Assembly: GCA_050175015.1 (NCBI GenBank)
Contig: JBFXJJ010000001.1
Span: 128,001 to 192,000, forward strand
Direction of reading: 5' to 3'
DNA from: Alphaproteobacteria bacterium
GTDB lineage: Bacteria; Pseudomonadota; Alphaproteobacteria; JBFXJJ01
DNA: 64,000 bases
In this document: in pieces, positions 17,824 to 27,408 of the stretch
How the letters are laid out: every line of letters starts with the position of its first letter
How positions within the stretch are numbered: position 1 is the stretch's first letter
Program-made: the position numbers and the translations under genes
The notes under the pieces: model-generated
What the model was told of the DNA's origin: nothing
The model's input: the letters and a program-made list of their open reading frames with translations, nothing else
Databases searched by the model: none

Positions 17824-18126
17824 TTACCATTCACACTTAATTATTTTATTAAATTGAAGCGTCTCTAATAGTTTTCTTACTCTTGCTTTCGCCCCCTTAA
17901 TTACTATCTTATATTTATCTTTTGACGATTCATTTAAAGCTAAAATCATACCCAATGCTTCAGAATCAACAAAATCTACATTGCTTAAATTAATAATACA
18001 TTCTTTCGTATTTCTATCTTCGACAAAGGCGGTGGCTTCGAAGAAGTCGTTATAATCACGATAAGTAAAATCACCAGAAATCATAACCTCACCGCCATTT
18101 TCACATTTATTTACGAAATATTGCAT
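17824..18126 (-). CDS. STAS domain (anti-anti-sigma-like) protein
   Basis: INLSNVDFVDSEALGM motif. Confidence 0.85.
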   Translation of the reverse strand: MQYFVNKCENGGEVMISGDFTYRDYNDFFEATAFVEDRNTKECIINLSNVDFVDSEALGMILALNESSKDKYKIVIKGAKARVRKLLETLQFNKIIKCEW

Positions 18127-18184
18127 TTGTTCCCCCCCCCTTTTAAACTTCTTGGAAAACCTTAATGCCCATAATTAGATTATG

Positions 18185-18245
18185 GCATAAATATGTAACA
18201 ACAATATTTCAAAAAGAAGGGTTTTTTGTAACAAAAAAGTATCAG
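18185..18245 (-). promoter_or_regulatory. Duplicated promoter, copy 1 (upstream of the STAS gene)
   Basis: Minus strand GATAC-N6-GTTAC, then TTGAAA-N17-TATGCC; aligns with 25450-25509. Confidence 0.7.
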
Positions 18246-18247
18246 AT

Positions 18248-19822
18248 TTAGTGGGGGTTTACTTTTAAGGAATAAGCCTCTGTTGGATGATCTTTTAAGG
18301 GCGCAATAGAATTGCCAGCTATTAAGGAATACCTAAGCATTTTGGCTTGAGTTACCTGATCATATTTGTTAACACCTAAAACATACTTCCTTAAATTGGT
18401 CTGAGAACATAAATTGCTAAACGTTTCAATCGCATTTTCACTTGCCCAAGCAGAGTCTCCAATAAAAAATCCCGAAATTTGAATTCCAGCTTTTACTATT
18501 TCTTCTTCTTTTAACACCCCAGCTCTATTTCTAAAGATAACTGCGGCACAACAATCTTTACAAAGTTTCTGCGCTTCATGAAGCATTTTAGCGTCTTCTT
18601 TTTCATTAAAAAGCAGTTCTATAAATATATGATTTTTAGGAAATTCCCAACTATTAGCAAGACCATTTAAATAATTGTGAGTTGATTCAAAAATAACACT
18701 TTCAACATGTAAGGGAACAATTAAAATCGGCATATTTTCGGGTGTTGTCCTAACATCAGACGCTGAAAAACATTTGCCGATTACAAATCTATCGTATTCA
18801 GAAATAAAGCTTGGATTCATTCCGCTTAAACTACTAACGACAGGAATAAATTTTCCGCCTTTTTCAGTATGAGGAACGCAAAAGTAGCCTACAACTTGAC
18901 CTTTCTGATAATTCCAAACGGCACTAAATTTTACTTTTAAATGCGATAAAATTTCATCTAACCTTTGACGCATTGGATCTTTCTTATTTTCATCGTCTTG
19001 TTTACTTGAAACCCCTAAAAGATCTGAAATATCAACAGCTTCAGAATAAAGCGTTACGGCGTCAAATGCGGCATTATCTCCGATTAATTTACTTTTTATC
19101 ATTTCCGCAATATTTTGGGTTTTAATTACAGCTTCTTCCTGTGAGAGTTCAGCAAACATTAATAAATATTCAAATTTACCCACTTTTAAACAAACATCTT
19201 GGCTGCTTATTTTAGAATTAATAACTTTTTCTGTTGTGAGCAGAATATTTGGAACCCATTTACTCCATTTATCACCAAAAACCTTTTCAAGCACTTGAAT
19301 ATTCAGATAGGTTATTTTTCCCAGTTTAGCATTTTCATGTTTTTTAAGATAATTTTTAACTGTATCAACAGCATTAGAATGAGAAATATCTGCGTGTTCT
19401 GATCCAGTATTAACATTTTCTTGAGGCTCAAAAACAACGCCTGTGCGTTTAATAATAGAGGTTGCTTTAGCAATCAGAATATCATAATCAATCGGCTTAC
19501 ATATATAATCATCAACTCCTGTTTCATACCCTTTTAAAACATCTTTTCGATCGGAATAAGCAGATAGGAAAACAAATGGTATTTTAGCATATTCGCTATT
19601 TTCCGCTCTAACCTTCGCAATAAGTTCATAACCATTCATAATCGGCATATTAATATCAGAAATAATAAGATCTGGAGCTTCTTGGGACAATTTTTGCATA
19701 GCTTCTTCGCCATTTGCGGCCTCAACAACTTCATATCCTTCGCTACGAAGCTCTTCAGCAATATCTTCTCTTAATTCTTTTTCATCTTCTACACAAAGTA
19801 TGAGTTTCTTTTCTTCTGCCAT
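18248..19822 (-). CDS. Response regulator: REC plus probable degenerate GGDEF/EAL-like output
   Basis: N-terminal REC. The C-terminal part has remnants (LIVPLH, IFIEL, YVLGV) but no GGDEF or EAL signature. Confidence 0.7.
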   Translation of the reverse strand: MAEEKKLILCVEDEKELREDIAEELRSEGYEVVEAANGEEAMQKLSQEAPDLIISDINMPIMNGYELIAKVRAENSEYAKIPFVFLSAYSDRKDVLKGYETGVDDYICKPIDYDILIAKATSIIKRTGVVFEPQENVNTGSEHADISHSNAVDTVKNYLKKHENAKLGKITYLNIQVLEKVFGDKWSKWVPNILLTTEKVINSKISSQDVCLKVGKFEYLLMFAELSQEEAVIKTQNIAEMIKSKLIGDNAAFDAVTLYSEAVDISDLLGVSSKQDDENKKDPMRQRLDEILSHLKVKFSAVWNYQKGQVVGYFCVPHTEKGGKFIPVVSSLSGMNPSFISEYDRFVIGKCFSASDVRTTPENMPILIVPLHVESVIFESTHNYLNGLANSWEFPKNHIFIELLFNEKEDAKMLHEAQKLCKDCCAAVIFRNRAGVLKEEEIVKAGIQISGFFIGDSAWASENAIETFSNLCSQTNLRKYVLGVNKYDQVTQAKMLRYSLIAGNSIAPLKDHPTEAYSLKVNPH

Positions 19823-19846
19823 CGTTGATATTCCTCTTGCTTAATC

Positions 19847-20257
19847 TTAATTATCGCTAAGATTAACGTTTTTTCCTGCCCTTTTTAAAATAGCTTTTAT
19901 TTTAGCTATTAAGATATCAAAATCTATTGGTTTACAAATATAATCTTCTATACCTTTTTCAAAACCTCTTAGAATCAAATGCCTATCGGAATAAGCTGAT
20001 AAAAAAATTACGGGAATACTCGCAATTGAATCTTTTCTAGCTCTAATTTTTTCTATAAGCTCATATCCATCCATAATTGGCATTTTTAAATCTGAAACTA
20101 TTATATCTGGAATCACACTTTCAAGTATTTTAATTGCTTCTTCACCATTCTTAGCTTCAATAGCTAAATATCCGTTGCTACGGAATTCATCTATTAAATC
20201 TTTCCTTAATTCATTTTTATCTTCAACACAAAGTATAAGTTTTTTTTCTTCAAGCAT
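19847..20257 (-). CDS. Single-domain response regulator
   Basis: CVED, SDLKMPIMDG, DYICKP. Confidence 0.92.
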   Translation of the reverse strand: MLEEKKLILCVEDKNELRKDLIDEFRSNGYLAIEAKNGEEAIKILESVIPDIIVSDLKMPIMDGYELIEKIRARKDSIASIPVIFLSAYSDRHLILRGFEKGIEDYICKPIDFDILIAKIKAILKRAGKNVNLSDN

Positions 20258-21857
20258 TAATAATTTCCTGATCTAAATTAACATTTTGCTTAAAATTTTT
20301 GGGTATTGACACTATGATTGTAGTTCCAACGCCTTTTTCACTTTCTATTTTTATATAACCTTGATGTTTTTCAATAATATTCTTAGCTAGATAAATTCCA
20401 ACGCCTGTACCCGGAATATTTTTGGTCTCATCAACTCTAAAAAACTTCTCTCCAACCCTAGATATATACTCCTCAGAAATACCAACCCCCGTATCAGTAA
20501 CAGAAACTTTTATATAATCTTTATCTTCAAAACAGAGAACATTAATTTCTGCGGCAGAGTATTTAATAGCATTTGATAAGAGATTGTCTACAACCAAAGA
20601 TACTCTCTCGGGATCAAATTTGCAAATTGTGTTGCCTTGATATTCAAATTTAATAGTTCTTTCTGGGGTATAGTTTCTAACCTCTTTAATAGTAGTAAGA
20701 ATCACCTCTTTCAAATCGTTAATGCTAGGATTAATTGTTAGATTTCCAGCATCTAATTTAGAAAGGCTAAGCGTACTTTCAACTAAATTGTTAAGCCTGC
20801 CAACGTTTTGTCTTACACGCTCCATACGTTCCGTAATCTCGCTGTTTTCAATTGTATCAATTTTTCTAATAATTTTTTGCGCTGAGCTATCAATAATTGA
20901 AAGCGGGGTTTTAAATTCGTGAGACACCATTGACACAAAGTTCTGCTGTTTTTCTCTAGCTACTATTTCTTGTTCTAAAAGTTTTAATGTACATTCATAA
21001 GCCTTTTTTTGCTCTTCTTCTAAAAGATTTTTTTTAATTGTATTTTCTCTAAATATTTCAACCGCTCTTGCCATATCACCAATTTCATCAAGACGATCAG
21101 TACTAGGAATTTCAATATCCAGCTTTTCCGCTATTATTAAATTCATCGCATTATGAAGATTTAAAAGGGCTTTTAACTGTTTTTGCGAAATCAATGCCAA
21201 AACTAAGACCATAAATATGGTTATAAAGAAAGAAACCGTAAAATGTCCTTCTATTATAGGTTTTATAGATGCTAAAAACTTGTCTTTCTGCAATCCAACA
21301 AAATAAATGCCAACAATATCACCTTGTTCATTTTTTATTGGTTCGTAGGCTGTGTAATATAGATTATTCAGAATATCAGCCTCACCAATATATGCCTCAC
21401 CTTTAATTATTTTATCGTAGACATCTCCTCTATCTAAAAAGGTTCCAATTGCCCTTTTACCATCTTTGGTAACAATATTCGTAGCAATTCTTTCAAACTC
21501 TATTTGATCATTTATGACCTTTTTTATGAATATTGTTGCAACCCCTCCTGCAATATCTTTAACTTTATCAGGAACTTCATAATTATTGTTAATAACGTAA
21601 TCACCAAAAAAAAGTACGTTATCAATTAACCTTATATCTTTACCTTTTTCGGCTAAGAGTGTTTTCAAAACGTTTAAAAGAACTTTTTGGTTATTTTGAG
21701 CAATATTAACCATCTCGGTTTTAATATTAGTCTCGGTTTTAAAAATTAGAACAATACCTAATACAAACATACTCAAAGAGAATGACAATATTATTTTTTT
21801 AGCGAATCCACTTCTTTGAATTGTATAAAGCATTGCTACACCATTTTTATTGCTCAT
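20250..21857 (-). CDS. Sensor histidine kinase, Cache-HAMP input
   Basis: RAIGTFL/YYTAYEPI Cache, DEIGDMARAV HAMP, SHEFKTPL H-box. Confidence 0.92.
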   Translation of the reverse strand: MSNKNGVAMLYTIQRSGFAKKIILSFSLSMFVLGIVLIFKTETNIKTEMVNIAQNNQKVLLNVLKTLLAEKGKDIRLIDNVLFFGDYVINNNYEVPDKVKDIAGGVATIFIKKVINDQIEFERIATNIVTKDGKRAIGTFLDRGDVYDKIIKGEAYIGEADILNNLYYTAYEPIKNEQGDIVGIYFVGLQKDKFLASIKPIIEGHFTVSFFITIFMVLVLALISQKQLKALLNLHNAMNLIIAEKLDIEIPSTDRLDEIGDMARAVEIFRENTIKKNLLEEEQKKAYECTLKLLEQEIVAREKQQNFVSMVSHEFKTPLSIIDSSAQKIIRKIDTIENSEITERMERVRQNVGRLNNLVESTLSLSKLDAGNLTINPSINDLKEVILTTIKEVRNYTPERTIKFEYQGNTICKFDPERVSLVVDNLLSNAIKYSAAEINVLCFEDKDYIKVSVTDTGVGISEEYISRVGEKFFRVDETKNIPGTGVGIYLAKNIIEKHQGYIKIESEKGVGTTIIVSIPKNFKQNVNLDQEIINA

Positions 21858-21858
21858 A

Positions 21859-24030
21859 TCAAGATTCTACATCTACATCAACATTTTCTTTTTGTTGGAT
21901 ATTTTTAGGTATTGATACTATAATCGTCGTTCCAACACCTTTTTCACTTTCAATTTTTAAATAACCTTGATGCTTCTCAATAATATTCTTGACTAAATAA
22001 AGTCCAACTCCTGTTCCTGGAATATTTTTGGTATTGTCCGCTCTAAAAAATTTCTCTCCAACTTTGGGCAGATTTTCCTTAGAAATACCCACGCCCTTAT
22101 CGGCAACAGCAAATCTTACATAATCTTTATCTTCAAAACACAAGACATTAACTTCTGCGGTAGAGTATTTAAGAGCATTAGATAAAAGATTATTTACAAC
22201 AAGTCCTAATCTTTCCGGATCAAAACTACAAATTGTATTGCCTTCATTTTTAAAGTTAATAACTCTTTCCGAGGTATAGTTCTTAATATCTCTAACCATT
22301 GAATGTATAACATCTTTTAGATCATTAACACTTGGATTAATTGATAATTGCCCCGCATCCAGCTTAGAAAGGCTCAAAGTGCTTTCAACCAAGTTATTAA
22401 GCCTGCCAACGTTATGCCTTACACGTTCCATACGTTCAGCGACCTCAGTAATTTCAATAGTATTAATTTTTCTAATAATTTTTTGTGCTGAACTATCAAT
22501 GATTGAAAGCGGCGTCTTAAATTCATGAGATACCATTGATACAAAGTTTTGCTGCTGCTCTCTAGCTGCTATTTCTTTTTCAAGCATTCTGATTGTCTGT
22601 TCCTGAGCTTTCTTCTGTTCTGTAATATCTGTATGGACACCTATAATTCCAACAATTTCCCCAGCATCATTTTTAATTACGTCGGCTCTTAAAAGAACAA
22701 ATAATCCTTCTCCATTTCTCTTAACAATCTCAATTTCACCTACCCAGCTTTTGCCATTTATAACGCTGGCAAACATTTCATAGGCACGATCTTTGTCTTT
22801 ATAAAGCTGTGGAACTGTAACATTTTTAATTTCTTCTGTGCTGTATCCTAGCATTTGAGTAAAAGCTTGGTTCTGGTAAAAAATTTCACCCTGACAAGTA
22901 GCCATACCAATGGCATCGCCTGAAGCTTCAACAGCTTTTTTAATTCTCATCAAATTTTCTTGAATCAAGTATTCAGAAGTAACATCACGAAAAACTAAAA
23001 CAACACCTTTGATTGTTCCTGTTTCATCTTTAATAGGAGCAGCACTATCTGCAATTTGATATTCTATCCCATCTCTAGAAACTAGCACCGCACGATTCTC
23101 TGAGCTAGGTTTTGAACCTGTCGCAATAACTTCTTGTACGGGATTAACTTTGCCAGATTTATTGCCCGTAGTCTTAAAAATATCTTCCAGATTTTTGCCA
23201 AGTGCTTCTTCTAATTTATACCCTGTTAATCTTTCTGCTACAGGGTTCATTCTCGTGATTAAGCCATTAATATCAGTTGCAATAATACCATCACCAATAG
23301 AGTTTAAGGTAATGGCTAAGTTTTGTTCATTTTCTTTGAGTTTTGCCGTACGTTCATCAACAAGTTTTTCTAAATTATAATTATCTTTACGCAATAAACC
23401 TACAAAGAATGCTAATAAAACCGCTGAAAGCGCAAAAACAATTACGACTGTTACAGTTCTAGATGCATTTTCTCCAGCTTCGGTTAAAACATCGGCAAAA
23501 CTATTATTAAAATGAGCTTTTATATCAAACACATTGGTATTCAAAGCCAAATACATCTCATTAGCGGTATTTTGGTACATATACGCTAAAGAAACATCTA
23601 TATCAATTATGTTTAAAACATCATCGATTGCTGTTTTATATTTATTTTTATTTTCGATAATTAGATTTGCAAGCTTTTTTTCCTTATCACTCAAAGCCAT
23701 TTTTTCTATTTTTAAAATGTCATCATCTATACCTTTAAGATTCTGAATAATATTTCCTTTGTAACCCTCTCTCTGTTCTAAATTAACAGAAAGAAACGCA
23801 TAGTGAGTATAAAGCTTATAGATTAAAAATTGAGTGTTTTCTACGTGTTCATAAATATCATTAATAATTTTATTTTTATTAAAGTAGTCTTCTTTTAATT
23901 CTCTCAAGACCTCTGTTTGCTTATTAGTATTTTGAACAGAAAAAAAGCCCATACCAGCCATAAAAATCACAATAAGTGCTATTTTTACTGGAGCAAAAGA
24001 TGTTTTGTTAAAAACGCTTAATATTCTCAT
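21859..24030 (-). CDS. Sensor histidine kinase, periplasmic helical sensor plus two PAS domains
   Basis: Two TM segments, SIGDGIIATD...MNPVAERLTG PAS, second PAS, SHEFKTPL. Confidence 0.92.
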   Translation of the reverse strand: MRILSVFNKTSFAPVKIALIVIFMAGMGFFSVQNTNKQTEVLRELKEDYFNKNKIINDIYEHVENTQFLIYKLYTHYAFLSVNLEQREGYKGNIIQNLKGIDDDILKIEKMALSDKEKKLANLIIENKNKYKTAIDDVLNIIDIDVSLAYMYQNTANEMYLALNTNVFDIKAHFNNSFADVLTEAGENASRTVTVVIVFALSAVLLAFFVGLLRKDNYNLEKLVDERTAKLKENEQNLAITLNSIGDGIIATDINGLITRMNPVAERLTGYKLEEALGKNLEDIFKTTGNKSGKVNPVQEVIATGSKPSSENRAVLVSRDGIEYQIADSAAPIKDETGTIKGVVLVFRDVTSEYLIQENLMRIKKAVEASGDAIGMATCQGEIFYQNQAFTQMLGYSTEEIKNVTVPQLYKDKDRAYEMFASVINGKSWVGEIEIVKRNGEGLFVLLRADVIKNDAGEIVGIIGVHTDITEQKKAQEQTIRMLEKEIAAREQQQNFVSMVSHEFKTPLSIIDSSAQKIIRKINTIEITEVAERMERVRHNVGRLNNLVESTLSLSKLDAGQLSINPSVNDLKDVIHSMVRDIKNYTSERVINFKNEGNTICSFDPERLGLVVNNLLSNALKYSTAEVNVLCFEDKDYVRFAVADKGVGISKENLPKVGEKFFRADNTKNIPGTGVGLYLVKNIIEKHQGYLKIESEKGVGTTIIVSIPKNIQQKENVDVDVES

Positions 24031-25337
24031 TTAATACTATCCTCACAAGAAAAATCAAAATCTTTTAATAAATAAACTGTAAACGTTGAACCAGAGCCTA
24101 ATTTGCTTTGAATATCGAATTTACCGCCATGCATTTCTATAATATTTTTAATCAGATAAACTCCAACTCCTGTTCCTGGAATATCTTGAGTATGCTTGGC
24201 TCTAAAAAATTTGCTGCCCATCTGTTTTAAGTCATCTTCAGATAAGCCATATCCTTTGTCTGTAACCGAAACTCTTAAATATTTATCATAATCATCACAC
24301 TTAACATTTATTTCTTCCGCAGAATATTTTATAGCATTGGAAATCAAGTTGTTAATAACCAAATAAAGGCGATGCGGGTCAAAAATTCCAACCGTGTTTC
24401 CACTGTATTCGAAATTGATTGCTCTATCTGGCGTTACATATTTGATTTCAGCTATAACTGATAAAACTATATCTTTAAGATCGTTCATACTAGGATTAAT
24501 TGACAATTTTCCGGCATCTAATTTGGAAAGGTTAAGTGTTGTTTCAACCAGATTATTAAGACGGCTTATACTATTGCGGATTCGTTCCATACGGTTAATA
24601 ATTTCGCTGGGTTCCATAGTATTAATTTTGCGTAAAATTCTTTGGGCTGAACTATCAATAATTGAAAGTGGGGTCTTAAATTCGTGAGAAACCATCGAGA
24701 CAAAGTTTTGCTGCTGAATTTTTTGCTGTTGAATTTCCAGCAGTTTTATTTGAATTTGCCTTTTATCATATGCCCAAGCAAAAATATCTGCTAAAATCTG
24801 CATAAGATTTATTTCTTCATCAGACCAACTTATTTTTTTGTTTACGCCGTCTATGCCATAAAAACCATAAACCTTGTTTTGTTTTTTTATCGGAAAGCAG
24901 ACAAAGGACTTAATCTCAGCCTTCTTAACTAGTTCTTTTTCAACCGACATTTCTTCAGAAATATCATCAACATCTGGAATAAATACATAAGATTTTTTAG
25001 AAAGCTCACCAAAACTGTTTGATATTTTTTCCATTTCTATTTCTAAACACGTTCCGAGTTTAGAATAAATATTCTCGGCACAAACTTCGTATGAATATTC
25101 TAACCTTTTATTGTCTTTTGAAACTTCAAAAACATAGACTCTATCTGAATCAAGAAGCTCTCTAATTTTTGCAAGAGATTCTCTCATTACTGCATCAAAA
25201 TTATCCTGAGTTACAATGTTAATAAAGCTTTTGGATATGCTTCCTATAATTTTTTCAAATTCTTGCTGCTTATCTTTATTAGAATTACTAAGAGAAGCAT
25301 TATTAGATTTTAGATTTTTTGAATTATCATCATCCAT
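24027..25337 (-). CDS. Cytoplasmic GAF sensor histidine kinase
   Basis: SDRVYVF...YGFYGID GAF, SHEFKTPL, GTGVGV. Confidence 0.92.
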   Translation of the reverse strand: MDDDNSKNLKSNNASLSNSNKDKQQEFEKIIGSISKSFINIVTQDNFDAVMRESLAKIRELLDSDRVYVFEVSKDNKRLEYSYEVCAENIYSKLGTCLEIEMEKISNSFGELSKKSYVFIPDVDDISEEMSVEKELVKKAEIKSFVCFPIKKQNKVYGFYGIDGVNKKISWSDEEINLMQILADIFAWAYDKRQIQIKLLEIQQQKIQQQNFVSMVSHEFKTPLSIIDSSAQRILRKINTMEPSEIINRMERIRNSISRLNNLVETTLNLSKLDAGKLSINPSMNDLKDIVLSVIAEIKYVTPDRAINFEYSGNTVGIFDPHRLYLVINNLISNAIKYSAEEINVKCDDYDKYLRVSVTDKGYGLSEDDLKQMGSKFFRAKHTQDIPGTGVGVYLIKNIIEMHGGKFDIQSKLGSGSTFTVYLLKDFDFSCEDSIK

Positions 25338-25449
25338 AATGCTTCTCTCCCCTCTTACTTAAACAACAAGCCTTACAACTCAAAGTTAGGATTATAACAT
25401 AATTCTCTTTTTTATTGTAAGCATTATTGCTTCCCCAGTTCTAATTAAA

Positions 25450-25509
25450 GCATAATTATGTAACGTTAGTATTTCAAAAAACGACTTTTTTGTAACAATT
25501 TTGTATCAG
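25450..25509 (-). promoter_or_regulatory. Duplicated promoter, copy 2 (upstream of the kinase operon)
   Basis: Minus strand GATAC-N6-GTTAC, then TTGAAA-N17-TATGCT. Confidence 0.7.
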
Positions 25510-25650
25510 TCAGTTTTTTCTAATAATTCTTTTTATATTTAAAAAAATATCGTATTTTTAAATACAAGACAATGAAGCTAGCTATAATATATACTAATTG
25601 TTATATTTTAGTAACATTGCTCCTTATCTAATCTTTTTAAGGAATCCTTA

Positions 25651-26691
25651 ATGAAACAAAAAATATTTTACCAAATAGCATCTAGCAAGCAGCCTGTAAC
25701 ATTAATTACAGCCTATGCTGTAAGTGGTTCAACGCCTTGCCAGAGCGGTTCAATGCTTGCGGTATTTAATGATGGCTCTAGAGTCGGAACCGTTGGCGGA
25801 GGGCTGGTTGAAGCCAAAGCAATTGAACTTGCTCAAAACTGCTTAAAGCAAAAAACATCAGATGTTTTAACCGTTGATATGCTTGGGCAAAATACTTCTG
25901 AAGAAGAAATGATTTGCGGTGGTACGGTTAAGCTTTGGGTAGAATATATTGAAGATGTTTCACCTTTTAAATTAATTATTCAGAATTTGGACAATGGTGA
26001 TCTAGTTGTAAGAATCGGCAAAATTAGTTTCAAGGGTCAAACAAAAGCCATTATTAACGCTAATAAAGAAGTTGTTTTTGGCAGTCTTGAACAAGTTGAC
26101 TATGAAGCCGTTTCTGAAACCATTTCTCTTAATAAAAACACTTTAAAAGACAATATTTTTTATCAATTTATTGCTCCTTGCGAAAAACTATTAATTCTAG
26201 GCGGAGGCCACGTTGGTCGTGCTTTAGCCAACATTGCGGCAAACTTAGGATTTGAAACAACTGTTGCCGATTTTAGAGCCGAATTTGCTAATAGTTCTCT
26301 TTATCCTGAAAATGTTACTTGTATCAAGGGAGAACTTGCTGAAACTATTGATAATTTTAATTTAAGCGCTAATAGTTATGTTGTTGTTGTAAGTCCAAGT
26401 CATATAACGGACTTAGATTGCGCTAGAGCTCTTATGAAAAAAAATTATCGTTATGCTGGGTTAATGGGTTCACGGCGCAAAGTCAAAATGATTTTTGATA
26501 CTTTAGAGCAAGAAGGCTTTGACCGATACAAAATTGAAACAATTAATGCTCCGATAGGTTTAGATGTTGGAGCCGTTTCTCCAGAAGAAATTGCGGTTTC
26601 TATTTTGGCAGAAATTATTTCGGTTAGAAGAAACTCTGCTCACTTGGAAACCTTCCAGCAAATGAAAAAAGAACGACGTCAAAAGGCATAA
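25651..26691 (+). CDS. xdhC: XdhC/CoxI-family Moco insertion chaperone
   Basis: GTVGGGLVE, MICGG, GGGHVG, GLMGSRRK, APIGLDVGAVSPEEIAVSI. Confidence 0.9.
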   Translation: MKQKIFYQIASSKQPVTLITAYAVSGSTPCQSGSMLAVFNDGSRVGTVGGGLVEAKAIELAQNCLKQKTSDVLTVDMLGQNTSEEEMICGGTVKLWVEYIEDVSPFKLIIQNLDNGDLVVRIGKISFKGQTKAIINANKEVVFGSLEQVDYEAVSETISLNKNTLKDNIFYQFIAPCEKLLILGGGHVGRALANIAANLGFETTVADFRAEFANSSLYPENVTCIKGELAETIDNFNLSANSYVVVVSPSHITDLDCARALMKKNYRYAGLMGSRRKVKMIFDTLEQEGFDRYKIETINAPIGLDVGAVSPEEIAVSILAEIISVRRNSAHLETFQQMKKERRQKA

Positions 26692-26697
26692 ATTAAC

Positions 26698-27408
26698 GTG
26701 CAGTCTCTTTGCCATATTATTAATAAAATCCTTCCACCCAAAACTGTCATCTCTTTAGTTGGAGCTGGAGGCAAGACCTCGGCATTATTTAAACTTGGAG
26801 AATATTTTAAAAATCAATACAAAATTGCCTTAACAACAACAACTCATATCTATGACCCTCAAAACGAAAAAAACCGCTGTTTTGATACCGTAATATCTAA
26901 TTTTGATATCAATATTATCAAAGATTTAAAAAATGACGAAAAAGATATAGTCGTCTTAGGCGCAGGCAAAACAAAAGATGATAAATTAAAGGGTCTCAAG
27001 TTTGATGAAATTGAAGCTTTAAAAGAGGTTTTTGACTTAATTATTGTGGAAGCAGACGGCGCTAAAAAGAAAGCTTTAAAAGCACCTGATGCCCACGAAC
27101 CTGCCGTTCCTCCATCTAGTAACATTGTAATTGGGGTTATCGGCATTAATGTTCTTGGAAAATCCCTTAATCAAGAAAATGTTCATCGTCCAGAAATATT
27201 TTCAAAGATAACAAATTGCCAGCTTAATAATGCCATTACTTTAGATCACATTATTACTTTGATTAATCACAAAGAAGGCTTATTTAAAAACTGCCCCAAG
27301 GACGCTGTAAAAATTGTTTTTTGCAACCAGTCAGAAGGGCTTTCTTTGGAGCAGAAAGAATATCTAGAAACAACCTTAAGACCTTTAATTGTCTCGTTTT
27401 TTTTCTAA
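26698..27408 (+). CDS. yqeC: Selenium cofactor biosynthesis protein YqeC
   Basis: VGAGGKTS, TTTTHI, VEADGA, KAPDAHEP, VHRPE. Confidence 0.9.
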   Translation: MQSLCHIINKILPPKTVISLVGAGGKTSALFKLGEYFKNQYKIALTTTTHIYDPQNEKNRCFDTVISNFDINIIKDLKNDEKDIVVLGAGKTKDDKLKGLKFDEIEALKEVFDLIIVEADGAKKKALKAPDAHEPAVPPSSNIVIGVIGINVLGKSLNQENVHRPEIFSKITNCQLNNAITLDHIITLINHKEGLFKNCPKDAVKIVFCNQSEGLSLEQKEYLETTLRPLIVSFFF

